Source of the DNA: Bacteroidia bacterium
GTDB lineage: Bacteria > Bacteroidota > Bacteroidia > Bacteroidales > VadinHA17
Direction of reading: 5' to 3'
Length of the DNA stretch: 59,724 bases
NCBI GenBank assembly: GCA_026391515.1
Contig: JAPLEC010000457.1
Span: 1 to 59,724 of the forward strand
The position numbers and the translations under genes were made by a program. Below, piece by piece: positions 8,126-17,978 of the stretch; the first letter of the stretch is position 1, and every line of letters begins with the position of its first letter. A model generated the notes under the pieces. It saw only the letters and a list, made by a program, of their open reading frames with translations. It had not been told where the DNA came from and searched no databases.

Positions 8126-10881
8126 ATGTGCTTCAATATGCGTTCGAACAGATCGTGAGGCTTGAACGGTTTCAGAACGTAATCATTAATATTCAGCTCA
8201 TCTATTTTATCGTGGCTCTCTGACATTATAGCTGCAGTCAGAGCAACAATTGGGATGCTATTGATTCTGGGATTTTCAGATTTTCTGATGATTTTGGTTG
8301 CTTCAATACCGTCCATAACAGGCATGTGCAGATCCATCAGGATCAGATCAAAATCTTCCTGCTCCAGCTTTTCAATTGCAAGCTGTCCGTTTTCAGCATG
8401 AGTTACAACCACTCCCCAGCCTGTAAGGAATTTATTTGCAACAAAGAAATTTATCTTGTTATCTTCTGCAACAAGAATACGCTTACCTTCAAGTCCAATA
8501 TATGATTCAGGTACTTCACCATGCTCTCTGGCAGCTTTTTCGGAAACAAGAAAAGTAAGTATGAAACTGAAAGTCGATCCCTTACCGGTTTCACTTTCCA
8601 GTGTTATTTTACCTCCCTGAAGCTCAATCAGTTTCTTGCAAATTGCCAGTCCAAGTCCCGTTCCGCCATATTGTCTGGTGGTATCAGACGATGCCTGTGC
8701 AAATCTGTCAAAAATTTCTATATGCTTCTCTTTTGGAATTCCGATTCCTGTATCCTGAACTGAGAATTCCATTTTTGACTGATTATCTTTTCTTCCCAGT
8801 TCCCTGATCGTAACTGTAATTCCACCCTGATTTGTAAACTTTAATGCATTTGACAGGAGATTTGAAAGAATCTGGTTCAGCCTTATCTGATCACTAATGA
8901 CCTCAACAGGAAGGTTGCCTTCCCTCTTGATTTCAAAGGTGAGATGCTTGGCTTTAGACCTGAATGAATATGATCTCATAATTTCATCCAGAAAATCATT
9001 CAGATTAAACTGGGTTTGTTCAAAAACTATCTTGCCCGACTCCATTTTGTTATAATCGAGCACATCATTTACGAGTGTCAGAAGATGGTTTCCTGAAAAC
9101 CTTAACGTTTTTATGTAATCCATCTGATCCTCACGCGGATTACCCTGTAAAAGCAGGTTTGTTATCCCGATCACCTCATTCAGCGGAGTTCTTATTTCAT
9201 GGCTCATCGTTGACATGAAGAGTTGCTTCGATTGAGCTGCCTCTTCTGCTTTCTGACGGGCCACAATGATATTATCCATCATCATTCGACGCTGGATTGC
9301 AATAGCAATCTGGTTTGCAATAAAATCCAGTACGTACAGGTCATCATGAGAGAACTTATTCTCATCATTGTAATCCTGAAGGCACATTACTCCGATAATG
9401 TCATTCTCTACTTTAAGAGGTACCCCCATCCATACTTTGCAGGGTGTGCCAACCAAATCAATATCACCTGATTCCTCTAACAGTTTAAGATCATTTTCTT
9501 TCAGCAGAACAGACTTATTGTTTTTGATTACATAACCCGTAATTGTCTTTTTAGCCGGTATTTCATGGAAGTTATCTTTTTCGTCAGCAAAAAATGGTAA
9601 AGAGAGAGTCTCTGATGTTTTATCATACAGGGCTATAAAGAAATTATTTGTATCCCATATCTTGCTTAATTCATGCACAATTGTGGGATATATTTCTTTA
9701 ATATCCATCTGTTTGAGTGCAGCTGAAGATATATTATAGAGTATCTCCTGTAAAAGCTGGTTTTTCCTTTCGGAAGTTATGTCCCTGTAGATCCCAAGAT
9801 ATGCAACTGTCTCATTATTAGAGATAACCGAAGTTGCTATCAGTGATACCTGTATTCTGTTGTTGAATTTATCTTTTCTGACAGTCTGCCTTAATACCCT
9901 TTGATGCTGAACAGCAAGCTTATCAATTGAAATTGCTTCTTCTTTCAATTCATCGGGAACAATCAGATCATCCAGCAGTTTGTTCACCGCTTCTTCCGGA
10001 GTATAACCAAAAAGGTTCGTAAATTCTTTATTTATCATGGTTATTCTTCCGGGAATGTCAGTAATTGCTATAGCTTCAGGAGTCGAATCAATGAGTTGTT
10101 CAAGAAAAGCTTTTTCCCTGTTTATCTGAGCTTCATATTTTTTATGTTTACTGACATCAATAATGGTTCCTCTGTACCCAATCTTTTTACCTTCATGAAA
10201 TATAGGAAATGAATGAGTTATAATCGGGATCAGGGTGCCATCATTTTTTTTGACATTGTACTCATTGCTGGCAATCTCATCCGGAGATTGCAATGCATTA
10301 AGATTTGAAAGCATTTTTTTATAACTCTCAGGGAAAATATCAGCAATGTGCACTCCCTTCTTAATATCTTCCCCTGTTAATCCAAAAAGAGCAAGTCCTA
10401 ACTTATTTCCAAATAATACTTTACCGTTCAGATCAAGTTCGTAGATTATTCCGGGTAGCATCTCTGCAAAGGTTCGGAATAATAGTGATTGTTTAAGTAT
10501 ATCATCATCCTGCTTTTGCTGATAGCCTGGCTCCCAGGTGATTACAATATTGCCGGATGTCAGCAGGAACCCTATGTAATAACCCTCAGAATCATCTCCG
10601 GCATTTGAAGCTGCTATTTTATGGGATGCTTTTTTTATATATATATGACGTACCAGCTCAACCAGTTTATTACGTTTGGATAGAGGAGTATCATCGATGC
10701 ATTTTCCTATAACTTCGTTTTTATCAACGAATTCTACCTCTTCTGCCTTACTGTTAAGATCTCTGATATAGAATCTGCCATCTTCTCCTATGCTGAACAG
10801 AGCCAGGTAGCTGCTGATAGTGTCAAATATTTCTTGAATTACATTACCCTTGCTCTCTCTTTTAATTGGTTTCTTCATCAA
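8119..10881 (-). CDS. hybrid sensor histidine kinase/response regulator (PAS-PAS-GAF-HisKA-HATPase-REC)
   Basis: 920 aa. H-box MSHEIRTPLN, GTGLGLAICKKLIELQGG, and a C-terminal receiver ILVAEDNKIN...DLILMDLHMPVMDG...KP. Confidence 0.9.
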   Translation of the reverse strand: MMKKPIKRESKGNVIQEIFDTISSYLALFSIGEDGRFYIRDLNSKAEEVEFVDKNEVIGKCIDDTPLSKRNKLVELVRHIYIKKASHKIAASNAGDDSEGYYIGFLLTSGNIVITWEPGYQQKQDDDILKQSLLFRTFAEMLPGIIYELDLNGKVLFGNKLGLALFGLTGEDIKKGVHIADIFPESYKKMLSNLNALQSPDEIASNEYNVKKNDGTLIPIITHSFPIFHEGKKIGYRGTIIDVSKHKKYEAQINREKAFLEQLIDSTPEAIAITDIPGRITMINKEFTNLFGYTPEEAVNKLLDDLIVPDELKEEAISIDKLAVQHQRVLRQTVRKDKFNNRIQVSLIATSVISNNETVAYLGIYRDITSERKNQLLQEILYNISSAALKQMDIKEIYPTIVHELSKIWDTNNFFIALYDKTSETLSLPFFADEKDNFHEIPAKKTITGYVIKNNKSVLLKENDLKLLEESGDIDLVGTPCKVWMGVPLKVENDIIGVMCLQDYNDENKFSHDDLYVLDFIANQIAIAIQRRMMMDNIIVARQKAEEAAQSKQLFMSTMSHEIRTPLNEVIGITNLLLQGNPREDQMDYIKTLRFSGNHLLTLVNDVLDYNKMESGKIVFEQTQFNLNDFLDEIMRSYSFRSKAKHLTFEIKREGNLPVEVISDQIRLNQILSNLLSNALKFTNQGGITVTIRELGRKDNQSKMEFSVQDTGIGIPKEKHIEIFDRFAQASSDTTRQYGGTGLGLAICKKLIELQGGKITLESETGKGSTFSFILTFLVSEKAAREHGEVPESYIGLEGKRILVAEDNKINFFVANKFLTGWGVVVTHAENGQLAIEKLEQEDFDLILMDLHMPVMDGIEATKIIRKSENPRINSIPIVALTAAIMSESHDKIDELNINDYVLKPFKPHDLFERILKHIR

Positions 10882-11021
10882 AAAGATTGGATTGTAAACA
10901 GTTATAAGTTATGATTCCTGGTATTTTTCTTTATAGTCCGTCAGATAGTTGCTTGGATTGCCGGTTTAAAAATAACAAATAATGCTCTATTTATGCCAGC
11001 ACGTAAAGCAAATCTGTTATT

Positions 11022-11693
11022 TCAGCAGCGATTTTCCCTGGTTTTTTTCTTTTTACAGTAATATTTACAAAATTCTGTGAGGCCACACTGGTCACAGAGA
11101 GGATTTCTGGCTTTACATATGTACCTGCCATGCAGTATAAGCCAATGATGAGCCTGGTGAATCAGCTCCTCAGGTATATTCTTTGTAAGCTGCAGCTCGG
11201 CATTCATTGGAGTCTTTGCATTTATTGTAAGGCCAATCCTTACTGAAACCCTGAAAACATGAGTATCGACTGCCATTACAGGTTTTCGGAATACGACTGA
11301 AGCAATGACATTTGCAGTTTTCCTTCCGACACCCGGAAGCCTTTGCAGCAATGAAGGATCAGATGGTACCTTACCATCAAATTCATTTAAAAGCATTTTT
11401 GACATTCCTGAAAGATGTTTTGCTTTGTTATTCGGATATGAGCATGACTTTATAAATTCGAAGATCTCTGATGGTTCTGCTTCAGCCATAGATCTTGCAT
11501 CAGGGTACCTTCTCAGCAGGGCAGGAGTTATCATATTTACCCTCTTGTCGGTGCATTGTGCTGATAAGATAACTGCAACTAAAAGTTCAAAAGGATCGTA
11601 GTAAACAAGTTCTGTCTCTGCTACCGGACGGTTAACAGCGAAATAATCAATTGTACGTTTGTATCTTTCTTTTAATGTCATTGTATCAGACAT
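11022..11693 (-). CDS. nth: endonuclease III
   Basis: 223 aa. HhH-GPD motif LPGVGRKTANV and the C-terminal Fe-S cluster CKARNPLCDQCGLTEFC. Confidence 0.92.
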   Translation of the reverse strand: MSDTMTLKERYKRTIDYFAVNRPVAETELVYYDPFELLVAVILSAQCTDKRVNMITPALLRRYPDARSMAEAEPSEIFEFIKSCSYPNNKAKHLSGMSKMLLNEFDGKVPSDPSLLQRLPGVGRKTANVIASVVFRKPVMAVDTHVFRVSVRIGLTINAKTPMNAELQLTKNIPEELIHQAHHWLILHGRYICKARNPLCDQCGLTEFCKYYCKKKKTRENRC

Positions 11694-11722
11694 AATCCCA
11701 GACCTGTTAAGATAATGATTTT

Positions 11723-11730
11723 TATTTTTG
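11723..11730 (+). promoter_or_regulatory. candidate -7 box TATTTTTG upstream of aroB-aroC
   Basis: Matches TAnnTTTG. It lies 108 nt upstream of the aroB start, which is a long leader. Confidence 0.25.
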
Positions 11731-11837
11731 CATTATTGGCTGGATTAATAAAGAGCTGAATTTGATTCATTTCGTGAACCATTTATGCAAATTGAACCGG
11801 AGATTTTATAACTTTAACTTGTATTAGAATTAGCAAC

Positions 11838-12875
11838 TTGGAAAAGATAATAATTTCGACACCGGATTCGATCTCCGCAATCATCACAGGAGCTAAATGG
11901 GAAGCAGTTGTAAAACTCCTTCCTGAAAAAGGAGCTGCTATAATCACCGACAATAATGTATTTGATCTTTACGGCGCTGATTTCCCGGATTTTCCGGTTT
12001 TAAAAATCAAGCCCGGAGAGCAAAGCAAACAGCTTGATGTAATCGGGAACCTGTCAAAAAAGCTTCTTGATATCGGAATTGACCGGACAGGATTTATACT
12101 TGCAATAGGAGGAGGGGTAGTTTGTGATATTGCAGGCTTTCTTGCATCTGTCTATATGCGAGGAATACGATGCGGATTTGTTTCCACCAGTCTTTTATCT
12201 CAGGTTGATGCCAGCACTGGAGGAAAGAACGGGGTTAACATCGGTGACATTAAAAACGTAATCGGTAATTTCAAACAACCTGAATTTGTAGTTTGCGATG
12301 CTACCATGCTTAGTACCCTTCCTGAAGAAGAATATTCTTCGGGCCTTGCAGAACTTATCAAGACAGGAATAATCGGTGACAGAACAATAATAAATGTCCT
12401 TGAAAAAAACCATACGGGAATAATTAATCGGGATAAAAATATCCTTTCGGATCTTGTTGCAAAAGCAGTTAAGTTTAAAGCAAAAATAGTATCAAAGGAT
12501 GAGAAAGAGTCCGGGTTACGACGGATACTTAACTTCGGCCATACCTTTGGACATGCTGTTGAACTGCATGCAGGTGTTAAGCACGGTTTTGCAGTAGCAT
12601 GGGGAATGGAGTTGGCAACAACTTTTTCATATAAGAGGGGTTTAATTAAAAAGGCAGAATGCAATAAAATAATTGATCTGCTTAAAAAATATAATCTTTC
12701 AGGCAATTATAATATACCTGAAAAAGAAATCGGGGAACTTATTCTCCATGATAAAAAGAGATCCGGCAGAGATATTAATTTCGTTTTCGTAAAAGGAATA
12801 GGTAAGGCGGTTGTGAAAAAAATAATAGTACAGGAAGTAATTGATTTTTACAGGTTTTATAAATCAGTTAAATAA
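11838..12875 (+). CDS. aroB: 3-dehydroquinate synthase
   Basis: 345 aa. GGGVVCDIAGF and NFGHTFGHAVE motifs. The frame opens at 11817 and has no in-frame ATG near the N-terminus, so a TTG start at 11838 is inferred. Confidence 0.88.
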   Translation: MEKIIISTPDSISAIITGAKWEAVVKLLPEKGAAIITDNNVFDLYGADFPDFPVLKIKPGEQSKQLDVIGNLSKKLLDIGIDRTGFILAIGGGVVCDIAGFLASVYMRGIRCGFVSTSLLSQVDASTGGKNGVNIGDIKNVIGNFKQPEFVVCDATMLSTLPEEEYSSGLAELIKTGIIGDRTIINVLEKNHTGIINRDKNILSDLVAKAVKFKAKIVSKDEKESGLRRILNFGHTFGHAVELHAGVKHGFAVAWGMELATTFSYKRGLIKKAECNKIIDLLKKYNLSGNYNIPEKEIGELILHDKKRSGRDINFVFVKGIGKAVVKKIIVQEVIDFYRFYKSVK

Positions 12876-12881
12876 GATGTT

Positions 12882-13871
12882 ATGAATTCTTTCGGAGTAA
12901 TTTTCAGAGTGACAATTTTTGGAGAATCACATGGTCGTTCGATAGGAGTGGTTATAGACGGATGTCCCCCTGGCATTCCTGTCGGACCTGAAGATTTCAA
13001 ACCTGATCTGGTCAGACGTAAAAGCGGGAGAAAGGGTACTACAAAAAGACAGGAGCCTGATTTGCCTGAAATTCTGAGCGGAATTTATAAAGGTTTTACA
13101 AATGGCGCTCCGCTTGCAATAATCACAACGAACAAGGATAAGATCTCATCAGACTATGATGAATTTGTTGACATACCCCGCCCGGGACATGCCGATTTTG
13201 TTGCAAAAACCAAGTACTCAGGCTTCGCAGATCTACGGGGGAGCGGGCATTTTTCAGGAAGAATAACCTGGGGACTGGTAGTCGCAGGGGTGATTGCAAA
13301 AAAGATCTCAAAAGATGCGGTCATTGCTGCAAAACTCATTTCAGCCGGAGGATCAACCGATATTGAAAGAGCTATAAATAAGGCTGTTAAAGAGAATGAC
13401 TCAATAGGTGGCATTATTGAATGCAGGGTGAAAAATCCACCTAAAGCAATCGGAGAACCATTCTTTTATTCATTTGAATCAGCAGTAAGTCACCTTGTAT
13501 TTTCAGTTCCTGCAATAAAGGGAATTGAATTCGGATCAGGATTTGCCGCAGCAGCAATGAAGGGTTCTGTGCATAACGACCCATTTATTGATAAAAATGG
13601 AAAAACATCGACGAACAATGCAGGTGGAATAAATGGCGGAATAACCAATGGTAATGAAATTATTTTCAGAGTTGCTGTAAAACCCACATCATCAACCGGT
13701 GTTGAACAGACTACCTTCAATTTTGCAACGAAAAAAATGCAAACATTAACTGTAAAGGGTCGTCATGATACCTGTATTGCATTAAGAATGCCCGTTATAA
13801 TTGAAGCTGTTACAGCGATCGCGATGGCCGACCTGATGCTGATCGACAGGGGAATCTATTTTCACCATTAA
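12882..13871 (+). CDS. aroC: chorismate synthase
   Basis: 329 aa. FGESHG...GVVIDGCP...PRPGHAD...RSSGR-like...GRHD motifs. Confidence 0.9.
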   Translation: MNSFGVIFRVTIFGESHGRSIGVVIDGCPPGIPVGPEDFKPDLVRRKSGRKGTTKRQEPDLPEILSGIYKGFTNGAPLAIITTNKDKISSDYDEFVDIPRPGHADFVAKTKYSGFADLRGSGHFSGRITWGLVVAGVIAKKISKDAVIAAKLISAGGSTDIERAINKAVKENDSIGGIIECRVKNPPKAIGEPFFYSFESAVSHLVFSVPAIKGIEFGSGFAAAAMKGSVHNDPFIDKNGKTSTNNAGGINGGITNGNEIIFRVAVKPTSSTGVEQTTFNFATKKMQTLTVKGRHDTCIALRMPVIIEAVTAIAMADLMLIDRGIYFHH

Positions 13872-15211
13872 GCCTTTGTGCCTTGGTACCTTTGCGCCTC
13901 TATAGCCAAAACTTTCTTTGTCGATCTGGTTATTCTGACTCGGTTATCAATTCTCTCCCCGATAATCCAGACAATTTTGCCACCTGATTCCAAAATACGA
14001 GCCTTTTCTTTTTCCAGTCTTGAAAACTTCCTGTCAACAAAATAATCGCTGAGTTTCTTTTTCTGGTTCATGCCGAACGGATAAAAAAAGTCGCCATGGC
14101 GCCATTTCCTTATTATCAGAGGAAAAGAGATTTTCTGTGAGTCGAAACATCCGAAATTACAGTCATTTGGAATAACATAACTGCTGGTAATATTGATAAT
14201 TTTAGCTGATTCTATCCCTGGTGCCAAATTCAATTCTGCAGCATTATTTATCCTGATATTTTCATTCTCATTTTGTGAATGGCCTGAAATTATGATCTCT
14301 TTCCTGTTTTTAATAATCCTGTGAGTCAGAGTGAACAACTGACCACCTGTTTTACCTGTAATCACATTCAGAAGATCGTCTAAATTACTGTTAGTAACTC
14401 CATAAGGTCTGAACAGCTCAAATAATATTGTTTTATTGTGAAAAAAAGGTTGTATCAGGTGAGGATTCAGAACAACTATTTCTTCTCTCTTCTCAAATGA
14501 TTTTTTTCTTAAGTTATCGATGTAGCATGTATAAATTTCATTTACTTCCCTCATTCTTTCAGCTGTCTGGTTAAGGGTAGTCTCTATTGACGGATTAATC
14601 TCTTTCAGAACAGGTATGACAAGGTGCCTGATCTTGTTTCTTGCATATTTTGTCTCTGAATTCGATTTATCTTCCCGGTACTTTATTTTGTGACTTTTGC
14701 AGTATTTCTCTATCGATTCCCGTGAGGCAAAAAGCAAAGGTCTTATTATACTGTCACCGGAGACTCTAATGCCAGTAAGTCCTGCAATTCCTGTACCTCT
14801 GGTCAAATTGATCAATAATGTCTCAATATTATCATTAAGGTTATGTGCAATAGCTGTGCTGACAAATTTGTTCTTTTTCCTGATTTCTTCAAACCATTTA
14901 TATCGCAATTCCCTTGCAGCCATCTGGATAGAAATACCTCTTTCAGCAGCATATTCTTTTGTTTTGAACCTGGTCGAAAAAAATGGGATATTATTGTTTG
15001 ATGCAAATTTTCTTACAAGCTCTTCATCTTTATCGGATTCTCTTCCGCGCAGGCAGAAATTACAATGAGCAATTCCGGTTTTAATACCGTATTTGATGAA
15101 GAGATCTGCCATTACCATAGAATCAATCCCTCCGCTGACAGCCATAAGCACTCTGTCACCTTTTTTAACCAGATGGTTCTCTTCAATATATTTAATGAAA
15201 TCAATAAGCAT
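13868..15211 (-). CDS. tilS: tRNA(Ile)-lysidine synthetase
   Basis: 447 aa. PP-loop AVSGGIDSMV. Its stop codon overlaps the aroC stop within TTAA (13868..13871). Confidence 0.9.
   Translation of the reverse strand: MLIDFIKYIEENHLVKKGDRVLMAVSGGIDSMVMADLFIKYGIKTGIAHCNFCLRGRESDKDEELVRKFASNNNIPFFSTRFKTKEYAAERGISIQMAARELRYKWFEEIRKKNKFVSTAIAHNLNDNIETLLINLTRGTGIAGLTGIRVSGDSIIRPLLFASRESIEKYCKSHKIKYREDKSNSETKYARNKIRHLVIPVLKEINPSIETTLNQTAERMREVNEIYTCYIDNLRKKSFEKREEIVVLNPHLIQPFFHNKTILFELFRPYGVTNSNLDDLLNVITGKTGGQLFTLTHRIIKNRKEIIISGHSQNENENIRINNAAELNLAPGIESAKIINITSSYVIPNDCNFGCFDSQKISFPLIIRKWRHGDFFYPFGMNQKKKLSDYFVDRKFSRLEKEKARILESGGKIVWIIGERIDNRVRITRSTKKVLAIEAQRYQGTKA
13873..13893. repeat. 21-nt CCTTTGTG-family repeat (CCTTTGTGCCTTGGTACCTTT)
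   Basis: Matches 36692..36712 (CCTTTGTGCCTTTGTACCGTT) at 19 of 21 positions. It lies inside the last 12 codons of tilS. Confidence 0.75.
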
Positions 15212-15229
15212 TTGGTTTTTTTCTAAAAA

Positions 15230-17164
15230 TTACTGGTAAGGAATTATTGTCGGAGGTCCGGGATCGAATTTATTTGGTTCAAGCAATTGTTCACCCGACA
15301 CAGAAAAATAATTTACTTTTGAATATTGCGGAAGATTTAGATAGAAGCAGAACCTGATCTGTAATGTATTGAATACCAGGTTGTTGTTTCTGATTCTGAT
15401 TCCTAATCCAATACTTGAAAGGAAATCTCCATTTTTTAACGTCTCATTAGTCCCGAAAAGAAGACCAAGATCTGTAAATGCAAAGAATGCAAATCTGAAA
15501 CCATAATATTTTACAGGACTAAACAGGACAGATTCAAGACTTAATGATAATCGTTGTTGGCCGCTGACAGAATCGTTCTTGAAACCCGAGAAGCCGTTTT
15601 CAAAATTATAAACAAGGTATTCATTCGAAAATCTGCCAAAGCCTCTGGTATAATCAACCTTTACAAAGTTTCTTATCCTGTAATTTTTAAGGTATATCAG
15701 GTTTGAAAAGAAGGATGATCTCAGAAGAAGAATGCCCTGTTCAGTCGAGCTGTGATTTAAGAAAGTCGAGAATCCTGCTGAAAAATATGAATAACCGAAA
15801 TTTCTTATTGATTGTCCTGCAGATATATTTGCTCCGGCATAGAATCTGTCTTGAAACTCATTAATCTCCTTCCCGAATGTTAAATTAAGCAATCCTCCAT
15901 GCGGAATATCCTCTGTTCGGCCATATTCATAAATAAGATTAGTCCTGTAAAACTTCTGAACAGAAATAGCAGCGGAGCCAAGAAACATTCTGTATTTCTG
16001 ATAGTTATGATAAGAATCAAATGGTAAATCGGGCCCTTCGAAAACATTATTGAATGTATAGCGCGCACCTATAATAAGCCTTGTTACTGATTTCTTACTT
16101 AAAAGCCATGACCTCATCAGCCAGTAATTCTGAAAGTTATATTTAAAAGGTACAACAATTGAATCAAGAGCAATATTTGTAAACATTTGTCTGACTGAGA
16201 TCCCGCCGGCATACTTTGTTGTCGAACTGATCAATTTGCGTTCAAGAACAAATCCATAGGTTTTTTCTCCAAGTCCGTTTGAGAAATAGAGGTTCAGATT
16301 GATAAATGATTTCACGATATTATCAATATTGTATTCAATTCCAAAGCCTGGAGAATCTGGAAGATTTTTATCATAAGGGATATTAAGTCTGAATTCATGA
16401 CCGAGCCCGAGAATATTTTTTTCATACAATGAAAATAAACCCTTTTTAATCGAACTATACTCATAATTGGCTCCAAGAGAGTAAACATCCTTAGTCATAA
16501 CAATTATGTCGACATCTTCATCTGAAACAGGAACAATAACAATTCTTGAGTCATCAATATAAGGTAATTGCCTGAGTATCCTCTCATTATCACTAATTAA
16601 AAGAGGAGATATAGTATCACCTTCCGAAAAGAGTAGATTCTTCCGGATAATGAATTCATTTGTATTTAAATGAGTCTTATTTAAAATGTTTTCGGTATTG
16701 TTTGGTTTACCTGAAAAAGGATTATTAATATTTGATCCAAAAACATTTAAGCGTCTTATTTCAATTTTCCGGATCTTTTTCCCGGAATATTTTAAGAAAT
16801 TCAATTCGCTCGATTGGGTAATATGCTTTGCCGAAGTGGATTCATTTGTGAGAATCAGGTAATCATATAATCTCCTTGTTATCACATTCTTTGATGCTTT
16901 AACTTTTAACGAGTCCAGAAAAATGGAGGTAGTTTCTTCAGATAATGTTTTTGCAGGGATGAGATTATATGGATTTTTCAGCAATGTATTATTCAGGAAG
17001 ATGTGCACACAGCTGAGGTCAGAAGCAATTCTAAAAGGCTGGCTTCTTTTAATTGAATCGTTTGAGGTTGGAATTTGAGAAAAAAGAGGGATATTATAAA
17101 GCAGAAGTGCCAATATAATCAAAGGCCCGACTGTACCTTGGTATTTTAATTGAAAACGCCACAT
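15230..17164 (-). CDS. Omp85/BamA-superfamily-like outer-membrane protein (single POTRA-like segment plus beta-barrel)
   Basis: 644 aa. Signal-like N-terminus, a POTRA-like stretch (IRKIEIRRLNVFG...LLFSEGD...LRQLPYIDDSRIVIVP), then alternating aromatic/Gly beta-strand patterns to the C-terminus. Confidence 0.5.
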   Translation of the reverse strand: MWRFQLKYQGTVGPLIILALLLYNIPLFSQIPTSNDSIKRSQPFRIASDLSCVHIFLNNTLLKNPYNLIPAKTLSEETTSIFLDSLKVKASKNVITRRLYDYLILTNESTSAKHITQSSELNFLKYSGKKIRKIEIRRLNVFGSNINNPFSGKPNNTENILNKTHLNTNEFIIRKNLLFSEGDTISPLLISDNERILRQLPYIDDSRIVIVPVSDEDVDIIVMTKDVYSLGANYEYSSIKKGLFSLYEKNILGLGHEFRLNIPYDKNLPDSPGFGIEYNIDNIVKSFINLNLYFSNGLGEKTYGFVLERKLISSTTKYAGGISVRQMFTNIALDSIVVPFKYNFQNYWLMRSWLLSKKSVTRLIIGARYTFNNVFEGPDLPFDSYHNYQKYRMFLGSAAISVQKFYRTNLIYEYGRTEDIPHGGLLNLTFGKEINEFQDRFYAGANISAGQSIRNFGYSYFSAGFSTFLNHSSTEQGILLLRSSFFSNLIYLKNYRIRNFVKVDYTRGFGRFSNEYLVYNFENGFSGFKNDSVSGQQRLSLSLESVLFSPVKYYGFRFAFFAFTDLGLLFGTNETLKNGDFLSSIGLGIRIRNNNLVFNTLQIRFCFYLNLPQYSKVNYFSVSGEQLLEPNKFDPGPPTIIPYQ

Positions 17165-17874
17165 CAGGTTTCATGAGAATTGCTTTCAAGAACATCGTCT
17201 GAATTAAACTGGAATCCCAGGCGTTTACCGGTAATAACCCGCGAGTGCTGAATTTTTGCCTCTGCCTGTCCGACAGTCGCAATTTTCACCGTATCATATG
17301 GAGGTACCAGAAGATCAAATTCAAGGGAATATTGGATTGCAGTTGAAATAATCAGTTCCAGCGATTGTTTACTTATCTCTTCGCTTCCATAATTTGTGAA
17401 AAGCATTCCCATCTGCCTCTTTCCCTCAACAAAATACTGATTCTCATGATTAATGAAAATTCGGGCAATAAGGTATCCCAGATCATCGAGTCTTGAATAC
17501 TTAAATGAATCGGCAAGAAAATTGTAAATATTTATTATTCCTGAATATGCATTGTACTTATTTTTCTGGATATAGGCAGTTTTCCATGCAGGGTGCTCTC
17601 TGTCGAACTGAAATATGTTTGAATGCATGCTGAAAAGCAGGATATCGCCGGCAACCTTTATCTGAGCATCAAAATTACTCCGGTCGGTATATTCAAGCCT
17701 GATTCTGGAATCAACGCCACTAAGCCCGGCGGTTAATTCCTTCGCTAAACTCTTCAGAATATCTTTTACCGTACAGAACGAAACGAAAGTATTGTCATAT
17801 ACCTTTTGCTTCAGTACGGATTTCTCTTTCAAAATTCCTATAATTGATTGTTTCTTATCATCATGATCGGACAT
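17164..17874 (-). CDS. conserved hypothetical cytoplasmic protein
   Basis: ORF 17164..17904. The ATG at 17874 (MSDHDDKK...) is preferred over the GTG at 17904. No signal peptide. Its stop overlaps the start of the downstream Omp85-like gene. Confidence 0.5.
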   Translation of the reverse strand: MSDHDDKKQSIIGILKEKSVLKQKVYDNTFVSFCTVKDILKSLAKELTAGLSGVDSRIRLEYTDRSNFDAQIKVAGDILLFSMHSNIFQFDREHPAWKTAYIQKNKYNAYSGIINIYNFLADSFKYSRLDDLGYLIARIFINHENQYFVEGKRQMGMLFTNYGSEEISKQSLELIISTAIQYSLEFDLLVPPYDTVKIATVGQAEAKIQHSRVITGKRLGFQFNSDDVLESNSHET

Positions 17875-17978
17875 AGCTGACTTTTTAAATTGTAATAGAG
17901 GCACCTAAATTAATAATTATTCATGAAATAATTAAAATCAGATCTTCCCGATAATATTATCCAAAAGTGAATAATGAA

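Noticed and set aside
12200-12706. 168-aa ORF antisense to aroB, with similar long antisense ORFs at 34069..34683 (204 aa), 24853..25407 (184 aa), 43580..44017 (145 aa), 41230..41586 and 38240..38608.
   Set aside because: Each lies fully inside a well-supported gene on the opposite strand. Their compositions are low-complexity and Ser/Leu/Pro-rich, typical of shadow ORFs, and I recognise no motifs in them.
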